A stretch of DNA of 64,000 nt, taken from a bacterium (lineage in GTDB: Bacteria > Patescibacteriota > Saccharimonadia > Saccharimonadales > SZUA-47). This document shows, one piece after another, positions 27,086 through 36,563 of the stretch. Within the stretch, counting starts at the first letter, position 1. Every line of letters starts with the position of its first letter. The notes beneath the pieces were generated by a model. The model was not told where the DNA came from. It made no database searches and saw only the letters and a program-made list of their open reading frames with translations. The stretch lies in contig JAUIBQ010000002.1 in assembly GCA_030427445.1 (NCBI GenBank), positions 101 to 64,100 on the forward strand. The letters are read 5' to 3'. A program made the translations under genes and the position numbers.

Positions 27086-29617
27086 TTAAGCGTAGCGTTT
27101 AATTTCAGCTTCTACTCGTTCGATTGACGATTTGGTCTCTTTCAGTTCATCACGTGTTTCTTTAACGAGTTCTTTTGGAGCATTTTTCACATATGACTCG
27201 TTGTCGAGACGTTTTTGCAGTCCTTCTAAGCGCTTCTCAAGCTCTTCACGCTGCGTTTTGAGCTGAGATGCGTAATGTTCCCGTGTTTCACGATCAATGT
27301 CCAGCCACGCCTTGTGGTCGGTTTGTGTCAGGTGTAGGCCATTTCCATCTTCGACTTTAGATACACCATCAAGTCCGGCTAAACCTTTCACAAGTTCACC
27401 GTATTCATCGAGTGTCTTCGAGTCAGCATAGTATAACGACGTTTTCTTAAGTTTGAGCTCGCCTTTAATCAGTCGAATCTCTGCGACAATAGCTTGGATG
27501 TCCGTAAACACAGCGGCTTCTGACTTTTTGCTCTTACCAACTTTTGGCCACTTTTGGGAAATCAGTAAACTATCACCTGTCCAACGTAACGTCTGCCAGA
27601 TTGTTTCAGTAACAAACGGCGCAAACGGATGCGCTAGTCTTAGAATCGTATCGAGCACATATGCCATCATAGCTTCATTTTTGGACTGTTTACTAGCCTC
27701 TATATACCAGTCAGCGACGCTGTCCCAAATGACGTGGTAGACAGTTTCATATGCTTCACTAAAGCGATAGTCAGCCATCGATTTCTGCATCAGTTCACTA
27801 GCTTGTTGTAATTCATGCAACACCCAGTAATCAGCCACGCTTTTTGGTTTTGCCTCCGGTTTTACTTTGCTGTCACCAATAACACTTTCGATGTAGCGAG
27901 CAACGTTCCATAACTTGTTACAGAAGTTTCGGCCTGCGACAACTTTAGACGGATCATACGCCGCGCTCTCCCCTGCACTTCTTCCAGCCAACACACCAAG
28001 ACGGAGCGCATCAGTTCCATACTCATCAATAATCGGCATCGGGTCGACAACATTGCCTTTACTCTTACTCATCTTCGTGCCGTCAGTTGCTCGCATCATT
28101 CCGTGCAAATACACCTGCTCAAACGGTATTTTCCCAGTGACGTACAGCCCTAAACAAATCATACGAGCTACCCATTGATACAAGATATCAACACCAGTTT
28201 CCATAAGCTGGGTTGGGTATGTATCTTTATTATTCGGGTATCCAGTCGTAATAAACGGCCACTGCCCTGAACTAAACCACGTATCAAACACATCTGGGTC
28301 GCGACGATACGTTTTGCCATCTTTTTCTATCGTATGTTGTTCGACTTGAGTGTCGAAAATCCACTCATCTGGATCATCAACATTTTGGAATGCTGGGATA
28401 GGTATCCCCCAGGCAATTTGCCTGCTGATGTTCCAATCTTTTACATTTTGTAGATACTCAATTGTCTGAGCTCGTTTTGCTTCAGGGTAGAACTCTATCT
28501 TTTTATCTTTAAGAGCTTTAATCGCAGGTTTAGCGAGCTTTTTCATGTCAATAAACCACTGATCAAGCAACATCGGCTCTATCTGTGTGCCGCACTTATA
28601 ACACTTCCCGACTCTGTTCTTGTACTTCTCATCAATTCTCAGCAACAAGCCTTTTTCTTTCAGAGCCTTTACGACCGCTTTGCGTGCATCAGCAATCGTC
28701 ATACCTTCGAACTGCCCTGCTTCATGGTTCATTGTTCCATCATGATTAATCACACGCTTCGCTTGCAGGTTGTGTCTCTGTGCAACTTCCCAGTCATTAA
28801 AGTCGTGAGCTGGTGTAATCTTCACTACCCCTGTTCCGAATTCTCGGTCAACCATCTCGTCTCCTACGACGACGATTTCAAACGGCCCATTAATACCTTC
28901 AACTTCGATAGTCTGACCAATGTACTTTTTGTATCGCTCATCATCTGGATGCACTGCGACTGCAGTATCACCAAACTTGGTCTCTGGTCGAGTAGTTGCA
29001 AGCTCAAATGGCCCGTACTGCATGTAGTAGAGTGGTGAATTTTGCTCCTGATATTCCACTTCAATATCTGCAAACCCTGTGCGATGCTCGGTACAGTAGT
29101 TTACCAGCCTTTCACCTCTGTAAATGAGCCCATCTTTCCATAGTTTTTCAAAGGTAGAATACGCGACATCAATCGTATTTTGATCAAGCGTAAAGTGGAA
29201 GTTCTCCCAGTCACAGCTCGCACCCAGTTGACGGAAAATGTCGTTAAACCGTTCCCTGTTACCAGCTACGAAATCAAACACCTGATCGTAGAGTTCTTCA
29301 CGGGTAAAATCAAAGCGACTCTTCCCTTCTTTAGCAAGCTGTTTTTCATACACAACCTGCGTCTCAAACCCAGCATGGTCAGCTCCTGGTATCCACTGCA
29401 CTCGCTTCCCTTGCATTCGCTCGTATCTGACAACCGTATCTTCTATTCCTACGAATAGCACGTGGCCTATGTGCAATCCGGCATTAGCGTTAGGTGGTGG
29501 CATGACTACTGTAAAAGGATCGCCCTTTCCTTTAGGGCTAAACGCTCCGCTGGCTTCCCAAAGGGCGTAAATATCTTTCTCGTACTCCTGTGGAGTGTAT
29601 TTTGAACTCAACTTCAT
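27086..29617 (-). CDS. valS: Valine--tRNA ligase
   Basis: HIGH (PPPNANAGLHIGHV), KMSKS (KMSKSKGN), C-terminal coiled coil; 843 aa. Confidence 0.9.
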   Translation of the reverse strand: MKLSSKYTPQEYEKDIYALWEASGAFSPKGKGDPFTVVMPPPNANAGLHIGHVLFVGIEDTVVRYERMQGKRVQWIPGADHAGFETQVVYEKQLAKEGKSRFDFTREELYDQVFDFVAGNRERFNDIFRQLGASCDWENFHFTLDQNTIDVAYSTFEKLWKDGLIYRGERLVNYCTEHRTGFADIEVEYQEQNSPLYYMQYGPFELATTRPETKFGDTAVAVHPDDERYKKYIGQTIEVEGINGPFEIVVVGDEMVDREFGTGVVKITPAHDFNDWEVAQRHNLQAKRVINHDGTMNHEAGQFEGMTIADARKAVVKALKEKGLLLRIDEKYKNRVGKCYKCGTQIEPMLLDQWFIDMKKLAKPAIKALKDKKIEFYPEAKRAQTIEYLQNVKDWNISRQIAWGIPIPAFQNVDDPDEWIFDTQVEQHTIEKDGKTYRRDPDVFDTWFSSGQWPFITTGYPNNKDTYPTQLMETGVDILYQWVARMICLGLYVTGKIPFEQVYLHGMMRATDGTKMSKSKGNVVDPMPIIDEYGTDALRLGVLAGRSAGESAAYDPSKVVAGRNFCNKLWNVARYIESVIGDSKVKPEAKPKSVADYWVLHELQQASELMQKSMADYRFSEAYETVYHVIWDSVADWYIEASKQSKNEAMMAYVLDTILRLAHPFAPFVTETIWQTLRWTGDSLLISQKWPKVGKSKKSEAAVFTDIQAIVAEIRLIKGELKLKKTSLYYADSKTLDEYGELVKGLAGLDGVSKVEDGNGLHLTQTDHKAWLDIDRETREHYASQLKTQREELEKRLEGLQKRLDNESYVKNAPKELVKETRDELKETKSSIERVEAEIKRYA

Positions 29618-29712
29618 ATAGTTCCCATCATAACAGTTTAAAGGTGTTCATTTCTAGAGGTAATCCAAACAAAACTATCAATCAATTCTTTAGAACTTAG
29701 GAGTTTACACAG

Positions 29713-29726
29713 TTTTCACGTGAAAA
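29713..29726. promoter_or_regulatory. Perfect 14-bp palindrome TTTTCACGTGAAAA (candidate operator) upstream of valS
   Basis: Second near-identical site TTTTCACGTGAAAC at 29750-29763. Confidence 0.45.
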
Positions 29727-29749
29727 TTAAAAACACATGAACAATAAGG

Positions 29750-29763
29750 TTTTCACGTGAAAC
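29750..29763. promoter_or_regulatory. Second copy of CACGTG-core palindrome (TTTTCACGTGAAAC)
   Basis: 37 bp centre-to-centre from first site. Confidence 0.45.
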
Positions 29764-29917
29764 CTCCCTACTCATGTGCCCATAACTACTCGCAAACATC
29801 CTCGCATCGAGTTCATGTTCGCTTTTTGTATCTATAAGAACTATCAGACTACACTGATTTGAAACTCACATTTTGTTTTCACCTCTAGATTAACAGATGA
29901 AACTATCATAAGCAATA

Positions 29918-29946
29918 TTGACAATTCACATAATTTTTGCTATAAT
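29918..29946 (+). promoter_or_regulatory. Consensus sigma70 promoter TTGACA-17-TATAAT for gene at 29971
   Basis: TTGACAattcacataatttttgcTATAAT. Confidence 0.6.
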
Positions 29947-29970
29947 TAGTGCATAAAATTAAAACAAAAA

Positions 29971-30405
29971 ATGAACACAATTCGCGAATCAGTAGACCCA
30001 CTCAACACACTACCGCAAGTAGAATTGGCTAGAGATCCGAATGCACAGGAGGCTAGGGGAACCTTAGTCCCACATCATCAGTTAGTGATGCATAACGGAG
30101 AACAAATTGGAGTGGCTACATTAGTAGAAAATACAGGAAGAAGTAAAGAAGCTTACTTCAATGGCATAAATATTGAAGAAGAGTTGAGAGGGCAAGGTTA
30201 TGGACTAGCCACCTACCTTGCTGCTATCGAACATGCACACGGAAAGGGCCTAGATTTTAGAACTCATGACTGGTCTCAAACAAAAGAAGCTGCGAAAGTT
30301 TGGGCGAAATTTATTGAATTAGGTATTGCTGAAGTAATTGAGCCATTTGAACCTATTGAAGACAGCGATAAGTTTTCAGGGCATGCGGTTATACGAGCTA
30401 CATAG
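29971..30405 (+). CDS. Hypothetical protein, GNAT acetyltransferase-like
   Basis: EELRGQGYGLATYLAAIEHA resembles GNAT motif A. Confidence 0.4.
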   Translation: MNTIRESVDPLNTLPQVELARDPNAQEARGTLVPHHQLVMHNGEQIGVATLVENTGRSKEAYFNGINIEEELRGQGYGLATYLAAIEHAHGKGLDFRTHDWSQTKEAAKVWAKFIELGIAEVIEPFEPIEDSDKFSGHAVIRAT

Positions 30406-31471
30406 AGAGGTTTGGCTGAATCTGGAGAGAGTAGGGGTCAGCCGGTTCGCTATCAAGCATGGCGTGATAGCACCCAAGCGTTGCTATCATCGCACCGTTG
30501 TCAGTGCAAAGCTTGATATCAGTGTAATCGATAGAGCAGGGGAGCCGCTCGCGTAACTGTCGTCGTAACTCTTGGTTTGCGGCTACACCACCAGCGATAA
30601 CGACTGATTTTGGAGCAAACTGCTCATATGCTTTCACTGCCTTATCTACAACTGTCTCAATCGCAACTCTTTGGAAGCTCGCAGCTATGTCATTCCTTTG
30701 AGTCTCTGAGAGCCTCTCAGCTACCTTGAAACTAGGAAAGGTGAAATCTTCTCCTATCTCAGCTTGAGCAAGCCTTAGAACGGCCGTCTTAAGGCCAGAG
30801 AAGCTAAATTCGTACGGATGATCTAGGTTTGCTTTGGGGAATGAATATTTTACTGCGTCACCGTTTTTAGCTGACTCACTAACGCTCGGTCCGCCAGGGT
30901 AGGGGAGGCCAATTATTTTGGCTACCTTATCAAATGCCTCACCAATCGCGTCGTCTCTGGTTCTACCAAGTAATTCGTAATTAAAATGATCCTTAAAAAG
31001 GACTAACTGACTGTGGCCACCACTCACAATAAGCGCAAGTAAAGGAAACTCAGGTTGTTTTTCTCGTAACTGGTAGTTATCTAAATTTGTTTCGTTCAAA
31101 AAATTGGCATAGACATGACCTTCGACATGGTTGCACGCATACAGAGGCTTATTTTTAGTGATCGCTAGCGTTCGAGCAGTCATAACTCCTACGAGTAATG
31201 AGCCTCCCAGGCCCGCACCACACGTGACGGCAATTGCATCAATCTCATCCCAGGGATTAGCTACGCCTGGAAACGCTACCGCTAAGGCTTCCTCAATAAC
31301 TGGGGTGATTACTTCGATATGACTTCGAGCTGCAATTTCAGGAACCACTCCACCGTACGCTTTATGCAAGTCAAGACTTGTAGACACGACATTACTCAAC
31401 AGCACACGCCCGTCGCGCACTACTGCAGCTGATGTCTCATCACAACTCGACTCTATTCCTAGCACTGTCAT
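30398..31471 (-). CDS. tsaD: tRNA N6-adenosine threonylcarbamoyltransferase TsaD
   Basis: MTVLGIESSCDETSAAVV Kae1/TsaD N-terminus, metal-binding H-x-x-H region (HVEGHVYANF). Start chosen at ATG 31471 (ORF-track start 31546 adds a 25-aa non-conserved extension). Confidence 0.8.
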   Translation of the reverse strand: MTVLGIESSCDETSAAVVRDGRVLLSNVVSTSLDLHKAYGGVVPEIAARSHIEVITPVIEEALAVAFPGVANPWDEIDAIAVTCGAGLGGSLLVGVMTARTLAITKNKPLYACNHVEGHVYANFLNETNLDNYQLREKQPEFPLLALIVSGGHSQLVLFKDHFNYELLGRTRDDAIGEAFDKVAKIIGLPYPGGPSVSESAKNGDAVKYSFPKANLDHPYEFSFSGLKTAVLRLAQAEIGEDFTFPSFKVAERLSETQRNDIAASFQRVAIETVVDKAVKAYEQFAPKSVVIAGGVAANQELRRQLRERLPCSIDYTDIKLCTDNGAMIATLGCYHAMLDSEPADPYSLQIQPNLSM

Positions 31472-31709
31472 TCCACTTATTTTAACACTTCTCATTGTGT
31501 CACTATTCTTGACATTTAAGGTGTTTTTTGCTATATTAAAGCGCAAGACTGATACATAAAAACTATAAAAACAAAATTATGAAGGAATTCAAACCACTAG
31601 TCTCAGATACAGAGCCAACAAACGTACTTGCGCCATACTCTTTGCAGTACGAAGCACTTATCGTCGAGCCTAAAGTTCAAAAGCATAAGAATTAATCTAC
31701 AACATAATA

Positions 31710-31738
31710 TTGACATTTTATTAATTATTTAGTATTAT
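31710..31738 (+). promoter_or_regulatory. Sigma70-type promoter TTGACA-17-TATTAT for gene at 31791
   Basis: TTGACAttttattaattatttagTATTAT. Confidence 0.5.
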
Positions 31739-31790
31739 AGTCGTATATTCTGTTATTAATTCGTAGCCAAAAGGAACAAGAATTAGAATT

Positions 31791-33569
31791 ATGAGAAATC
31801 CACTACAACGTCAACCCGAACAACCATCTGTTGGACCTGGTACTGTTAATCTAGAGTCTGACTATCAGGCTAGGGGCGCAGTTAACGGCAATCCTTACTT
31901 TACAGGCAATCCATACAGTGAGACTGTATCGGGCCGTGTTGCTAAAGCGAACGTAGGCGATTTAGATCAAGAACTGCCTGGCTGGGAGGTTGTGAGCCAA
32001 CTTGACACTGCTGAAAAGAATTTCACAGATGCTGAAAAAACTGATATCAAAGCAGCACAAGATTTAGTAGACCAGAAATTAACTATCCTAGGCGAACACT
32101 CACTTGAGAGAAGTACATCACTAATTACACGTGATGCAGCAAGCAAAAAGTTTGGTGATAGCGTTGAAGAAGAATTACGTGAAGCACGCGAGTCACTACA
32201 AGAAAAGCTTAAAAATGCATATGTCGCACACGGTGTAGATGAAGCGTTATTTAGTATCGAAGCAAGTGATGATGAAGAGTCTGAGCGTGCTCGAGGTGCT
32301 ATGAATACATTACGGCTTCTATCAGCAGCAGATGAAATTGATAAGATGACAGACGCTATGGGTGCGCACGCCACTGACAAGTACGCATCAACTCCTGTTC
32401 AACCTCAGTCAGACCCAACGACTAGAACAGAAAAGGCAAAAGGCTTTTTCAAAAAGGGTCTAGATAAACTAAAGAAGGTTGGTTCTAAAGCAGTTGACGC
32501 TTATGCATGGGCAAGTGAACGTAAAGAAGACGGTAAGCGACGATGGGGCAGAACACTAGTGAAAGGTGTCGCAACTGTTGGCGCAGGTGCTGGTGCTGCA
32601 TTAATTGCAGGCGGACTCGGTGCTGGCGCAGCGGCAGCCGGTATTGGGTATATCGCGAAAAAAACTGTCAATGCTGGTTTCATGGGTGCAGTAAAGAATC
32701 GAAAACTTCGTGAAAACATTGATGAGCGAATTGCGGATTTTAATCGTCAAGCTAAAGAAGCGCTCAATGCGCACTTTAATTCAGCAGAGATTACCGACAC
32801 ATCTGCTGGGATCAATGCAGCTCGCAAAGAAGTCAACTCAGCAACTCGTAAGAATCGCGTAGAGGTTGGTGTTGTCGCAGGAGCAGCAGCTGTAGCCGGC
32901 GGTATAGTCGCCGAAACTATAGACGTGGGGGAAATTGCAAAAACTGCGTCTACGCCTTTCCGCTGGGCAGGCGACAAAATGAATGTTCATGTTGATAACC
33001 CGTTCTCACAAGACACCAGTGGCAGTATTGCAACTGATGAAGTTGGCACTAAAATTAATGTGGGTGACAACGACTTGTCAGAATTAGATGTCGACGGAGA
33101 CGGTGAAGTTGATGCAGACGAGATAGAAAAAGCAATTGATGCAAATCAGCCAGTAACTGTCATGGGGCAAGAAGCAACCATGGTCGATGTAAATGATGAT
33201 GGCGATTTATCACCTGAAGAACTACATGCAGCATCACCGCAAGATCTTGAACTCACTGGAGATACAGACAGTGAAGGAGAGATAGGAGACTTTACTACAG
33301 ACGAAACTGCAGAGTCGCTTGGTGGCGCAGAACCTACATTCGAAGAGATGTCACATTTTACTGAATATGACTACCCATCAAACTACTACACGATGGATCA
33401 AATTCGCCACTTAGCTGAACTAGCTTCAGACGACTTTACTGTTAACTGGCACAACGTTGGTGATGGTAATAATGGCAATGATTGGATAAGCATCAATGGA
33501 CGAAGTGAAACTGCATACGTATTAGCAGTACTAAGTCGATATGCTGAAGAAGAAGCTGTCACGGCCTAA
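31791..33569 (+). CDS. Large acidic hypothetical protein with central Gly/Ala-rich TM segment and two EF-hand-like Ca-binding loops
   Basis: DVDGDGEVDADE and DVNDDGDLSPEE fit the 12-residue EF-hand loop (D1,D/N3,D5,G6,hydrophobic8,E12); hydrophobic GAGAGAALIAGGLGAGAAAAGIGYIA. Confidence 0.45.
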   Translation: MRNPLQRQPEQPSVGPGTVNLESDYQARGAVNGNPYFTGNPYSETVSGRVAKANVGDLDQELPGWEVVSQLDTAEKNFTDAEKTDIKAAQDLVDQKLTILGEHSLERSTSLITRDAASKKFGDSVEEELREARESLQEKLKNAYVAHGVDEALFSIEASDDEESERARGAMNTLRLLSAADEIDKMTDAMGAHATDKYASTPVQPQSDPTTRTEKAKGFFKKGLDKLKKVGSKAVDAYAWASERKEDGKRRWGRTLVKGVATVGAGAGAALIAGGLGAGAAAAGIGYIAKKTVNAGFMGAVKNRKLRENIDERIADFNRQAKEALNAHFNSAEITDTSAGINAARKEVNSATRKNRVEVGVVAGAAAVAGGIVAETIDVGEIAKTASTPFRWAGDKMNVHVDNPFSQDTSGSIATDEVGTKINVGDNDLSELDVDGDGEVDADEIEKAIDANQPVTVMGQEATMVDVNDDGDLSPEELHAASPQDLELTGDTDSEGEIGDFTTDETAESLGGAEPTFEEMSHFTEYDYPSNYYTMDQIRHLAELASDDFTVNWHNVGDGNNGNDWISINGRSETAYVLAVLSRYAEEEAVTA

Positions 33570-33620
33570 AGCAGTAGTTTAGTGCTATACTTTTAGCAAA
33601 ATCAAACAAAAAGGAAAAAT

Positions 33621-33917
33621 ATGGACAAAGAATCAGTAGAAAAAATTATAAAAGACTTAGAGGTCACTAATCTTAGCGATGAGCAAAAAGAGCTCGTGGC
33701 AACTAGATTCATGCAATCGTATAAAAAAAGACTAGAGACAATAACAGCTGCACAAGTCAGTCATGCTGGGCTTGTAGACGAACTCGATTGTGCTTCATCG
33801 CCTGAGGAAATAAATGCTGTAGTTCGTAAGGCACTAAATACCGACGATGATGGCCTTCTGGAGCAGACTGAAGCAATGTATGACATTTTGATAAATGAGT
33901 TCAAGTCTTTGATGTAG
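33621..33917 (+). CDS. Hypothetical small protein
   Basis: RBS aaaggaaaa upstream; no motif. Confidence 0.35.
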   Translation: MDKESVEKIIKDLEVTNLSDEQKELVATRFMQSYKKRLETITAAQVSHAGLVDELDCASSPEEINAVVRKALNTDDDGLLEQTEAMYDILINEFKSLM

Positions 33918-33953
33918 CTCACACTGTAGCGACTAGCGTATAATTTTAAAATA

Positions 33954-35249
33954 ATGAACGCTGTACAGTCATTCAAAAAATCAACCATATATAAAAAGCT
34001 GGTGCTTCCTAAGCACTGGCTTTTTGCTGTTGTAGCAAATATACGCGAGGGCTGGCCGGGTAAAGACGTAGAAGTTATTGCCGTTACGGGCACGAATGGC
34101 AAAACCAGCACCTGCTTTTTGATTCATAATATGCTCAGTAGCGCAGGCATAAAAAGCGCAGTTATCACAACTATTGGGTACGGGATGGGTGACGATATCC
34201 AGCCGTTAGATGCTCACGGCGGGCATATGACGAGCCTGCCAGCACCATCGCTTTTGAAGAAAATTAAGGAGTTAAAAGAGCAGGGGGTGGAAGTAATTGT
34301 CCTAGAAGTTACATCTCACGCACTTAGCCAATACCGAACACTGGGTGTGCCGTTTTCTATTGGCGTATTCACTAACCTCACTCGCGAGCACCTCGACTTT
34401 CACGGGAGTATGGAAGCATATCGAGATGCGAAGCTAAAGCTGTTTAAAAAAGTAGCGAGAAATACGAACGGGAAACAGGTTGGCATCGCCAATATTGACG
34501 ACAAGTACGGCAACGACTTTTTAGCAGTCGTTCCGAATAAGGTCGGATACAGTGTGCAGAACGGCGGAGCATCAGCTTTTGCTCAAGAGATAAAACTAAG
34601 CCCAGAAAAGTCGACATATAAGGCAGTTACTGACGAAACTACCTATTCAATCATCTGCAATTTACCTGGTGAATTTAACGTATCAAACAGCCTCGCTGCA
34701 GTGTGCGTAGGTAAAGCTTTGGGATTGGACAAAAAGCAAATAGAGCAGGGGATAGCTGCGACGACATCCGTAAGTGGCAGAATGACTCGTGTTGATGCAG
34801 GACAAGATTTCGATGTAATCGTCGACTTCGCCCACACACCAGACGCTATACAAAATGTGCTTGAGAGCCTACAGAAAACAACCAAAGGTGACGTCGCGTT
34901 AGTATTTGGAGCTACAGGCAACCGCGACACGACGAAGCGTGTGCCTATGGGTGAAGTAGCTGCAACATATGCGGATAAGGTGTATCTCACAGATGATGAA
35001 ACATATACTGAGAGCCCTGAAAAAATCAGAGAAACAGTCATGCAAGGCATTGTAAAAGCTGGTGGACGAGACAAAACTGAGGAGATAGGCGATAGACGAG
35101 AAGCGATCACTCGTGCATTCAAAGATGCAAAAAAAGGTGACGTCGTCGTGCTCGCAGGATTAGGCCACCAACCGTATCGCGAGATGAAAAGTGGTCAAGA
35201 ACCATGGCTTGAGAAAGAGGTCGCTGAAGATATTCTCGAGACTTTATAG
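33954..35249 (+). CDS. Mur ligase family protein (MurE-like, lacks N-terminal domain)
   Basis: VIAVTGTNGKTSTCFLIH P-loop, GVFTNLTREHLDFHGSMEAYRDAKLKLF central-domain signature. Confidence 0.65.
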   Translation: MNAVQSFKKSTIYKKLVLPKHWLFAVVANIREGWPGKDVEVIAVTGTNGKTSTCFLIHNMLSSAGIKSAVITTIGYGMGDDIQPLDAHGGHMTSLPAPSLLKKIKELKEQGVEVIVLEVTSHALSQYRTLGVPFSIGVFTNLTREHLDFHGSMEAYRDAKLKLFKKVARNTNGKQVGIANIDDKYGNDFLAVVPNKVGYSVQNGGASAFAQEIKLSPEKSTYKAVTDETTYSIICNLPGEFNVSNSLAAVCVGKALGLDKKQIEQGIAATTSVSGRMTRVDAGQDFDVIVDFAHTPDAIQNVLESLQKTTKGDVALVFGATGNRDTTKRVPMGEVAATYADKVYLTDDETYTESPEKIRETVMQGIVKAGGRDKTEEIGDRREAITRAFKDAKKGDVVVLAGLGHQPYREMKSGQEPWLEKEVAEDILETL

Positions 35250-35258
35250 AGCTTCTAC

Positions 35259-35942
35259 TTAATCTAGGAAAGAGATGTGCTCTGAGTCTATAAGCCTAGG
35301 AGCAAGCTCGGAGAACACACTCAGGTTTGCCATTTGCGAAGGCCTAATAGACCCTAGCTCTTCCGTTCCGTCTGCTGTTCCATACAGTATACCTCCAACT
35401 GGATCAACCAAGTTGTAACCAAACCTTGGGGTTACACCCCTGCGGTCATAGACACCACACCCTATGATACCCACAGACTTCTTTAAATGACCTGCGGGCT
35501 CAGTATTCCTCCATGTGATTGGATCACCAGGAACAAAGACACCGGACCTTTTTGCATGACCGAAGAACATCATATGTGCAATTTCAGGATCGGCAAGCAG
35601 AGACTCTACGTCCTTCCTAGAATAATCATCTACCTGTAGAGTTTCGTTACCTATACCTAGATTCTTTAGATATTTCGCCATGCGAGAAGCCGCATGCTTA
35701 TTTTCATCTAACTCGTGTGAGTTTCTTTTGTTATCACGATCTGATGAAATTAACATCGCAATGGTAGCGCCGGCTGCAACGCGTCTTTGTTCAGCTAAAG
35801 TATCTGTAACCTGTAGTCCTTCACGATATGTTTTTGCGTTCTTTTTCCCAAGCTGTGCAGTACTATGAGGTTTATCTTCGGCACCGCACAACAAACTTGG
35901 TAACATTTCGTGAAAACTATCCTGAATATTTAATTCTGACAT
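35259..35942 (-). CDS. Hypothetical protein
   Basis: No confident domain. Confidence 0.3.
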   Translation of the reverse strand: MSELNIQDSFHEMLPSLLCGAEDKPHSTAQLGKKNAKTYREGLQVTDTLAEQRRVAAGATIAMLISSDRDNKRNSHELDENKHAASRMAKYLKNLGIGNETLQVDDYSRKDVESLLADPEIAHMMFFGHAKRSGVFVPGDPITWRNTEPAGHLKKSVGIIGCGVYDRRGVTPRFGYNLVDPVGGILYGTADGTEELGSIRPSQMANLSVFSELAPRLIDSEHISFLD

Positions 35943-35994
35943 ATATATATTATATCAAAATACTTATGCTATGTCAATGTTTTTACCTCTGTTT

Positions 35995-36021
35995 TTGGCA
36001 CTCTATATTGACGAGTGCTAG
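35995..36021. promoter_or_regulatory. CIRCE (HrcA operator) inverted repeat upstream of groES
   Basis: TTGGCACTC-N9-GAGTGCTAG vs consensus TTAGCACTC-N9-GAGTGCTAA. Confidence 0.7.
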
Positions 36022-36100
36022 CTATGATTTGTATACTGCTATCGTACGGTAGCAGTTATTGCTACCCCTTAGAACGAAAAGTAAGTGAGGAGTATTTATT

Positions 36101-36373
36101 ATGGCAGGGAAAATACCAATTACACCCCTAGCGGACTACATCGTAGCTCAGCAAGAGGAAGCAAAAACCAAGACTAACAGCGGGTTATTCCTTCCTGAGA
36201 GCGCTGGCGAAAAACCAAAAATTGCAAACGTGCTTGCGGTAGGCCCAGCAGTTGTTGATGTGAAAGCTGGCGACAAAATCATTTTTGGTGGATACACTAA
36301 CAGCGACATAAAAGTAGATGGCGCCGAATATATGCTTATAAAAAATGAAAACGTCTACGCGACACTAAAGTAA
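36101..36373 (+). CDS. groES: Co-chaperonin GroES
   Basis: 90 aa; IPITPLADYIVAQQEEAKTKTNSGLFLPESA... typical GroES. Confidence 0.9.
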   Translation: MAGKIPITPLADYIVAQQEEAKTKTNSGLFLPESAGEKPKIANVLAVGPAVVDVKAGDKIIFGGYTNSDIKVDGAEYMLIKNENVYATLK

Positions 36374-36563
36374 AGCTAAGATAGCTTGATATCTGAGAAT
36401 TAATTTAAAATCTAGAGGGAAGAGGAGGAGTAAAGCATTTTTGGCCAAGGGTCACTTGGCAGAAATCGAGCACATTTCACGAAAGTGTATATGAAATACA
36501 TTGAGTAAAATTGACGCAGATTTACGCCAAGTGAACACTCCAAAAATATTTACGTAAATTACT

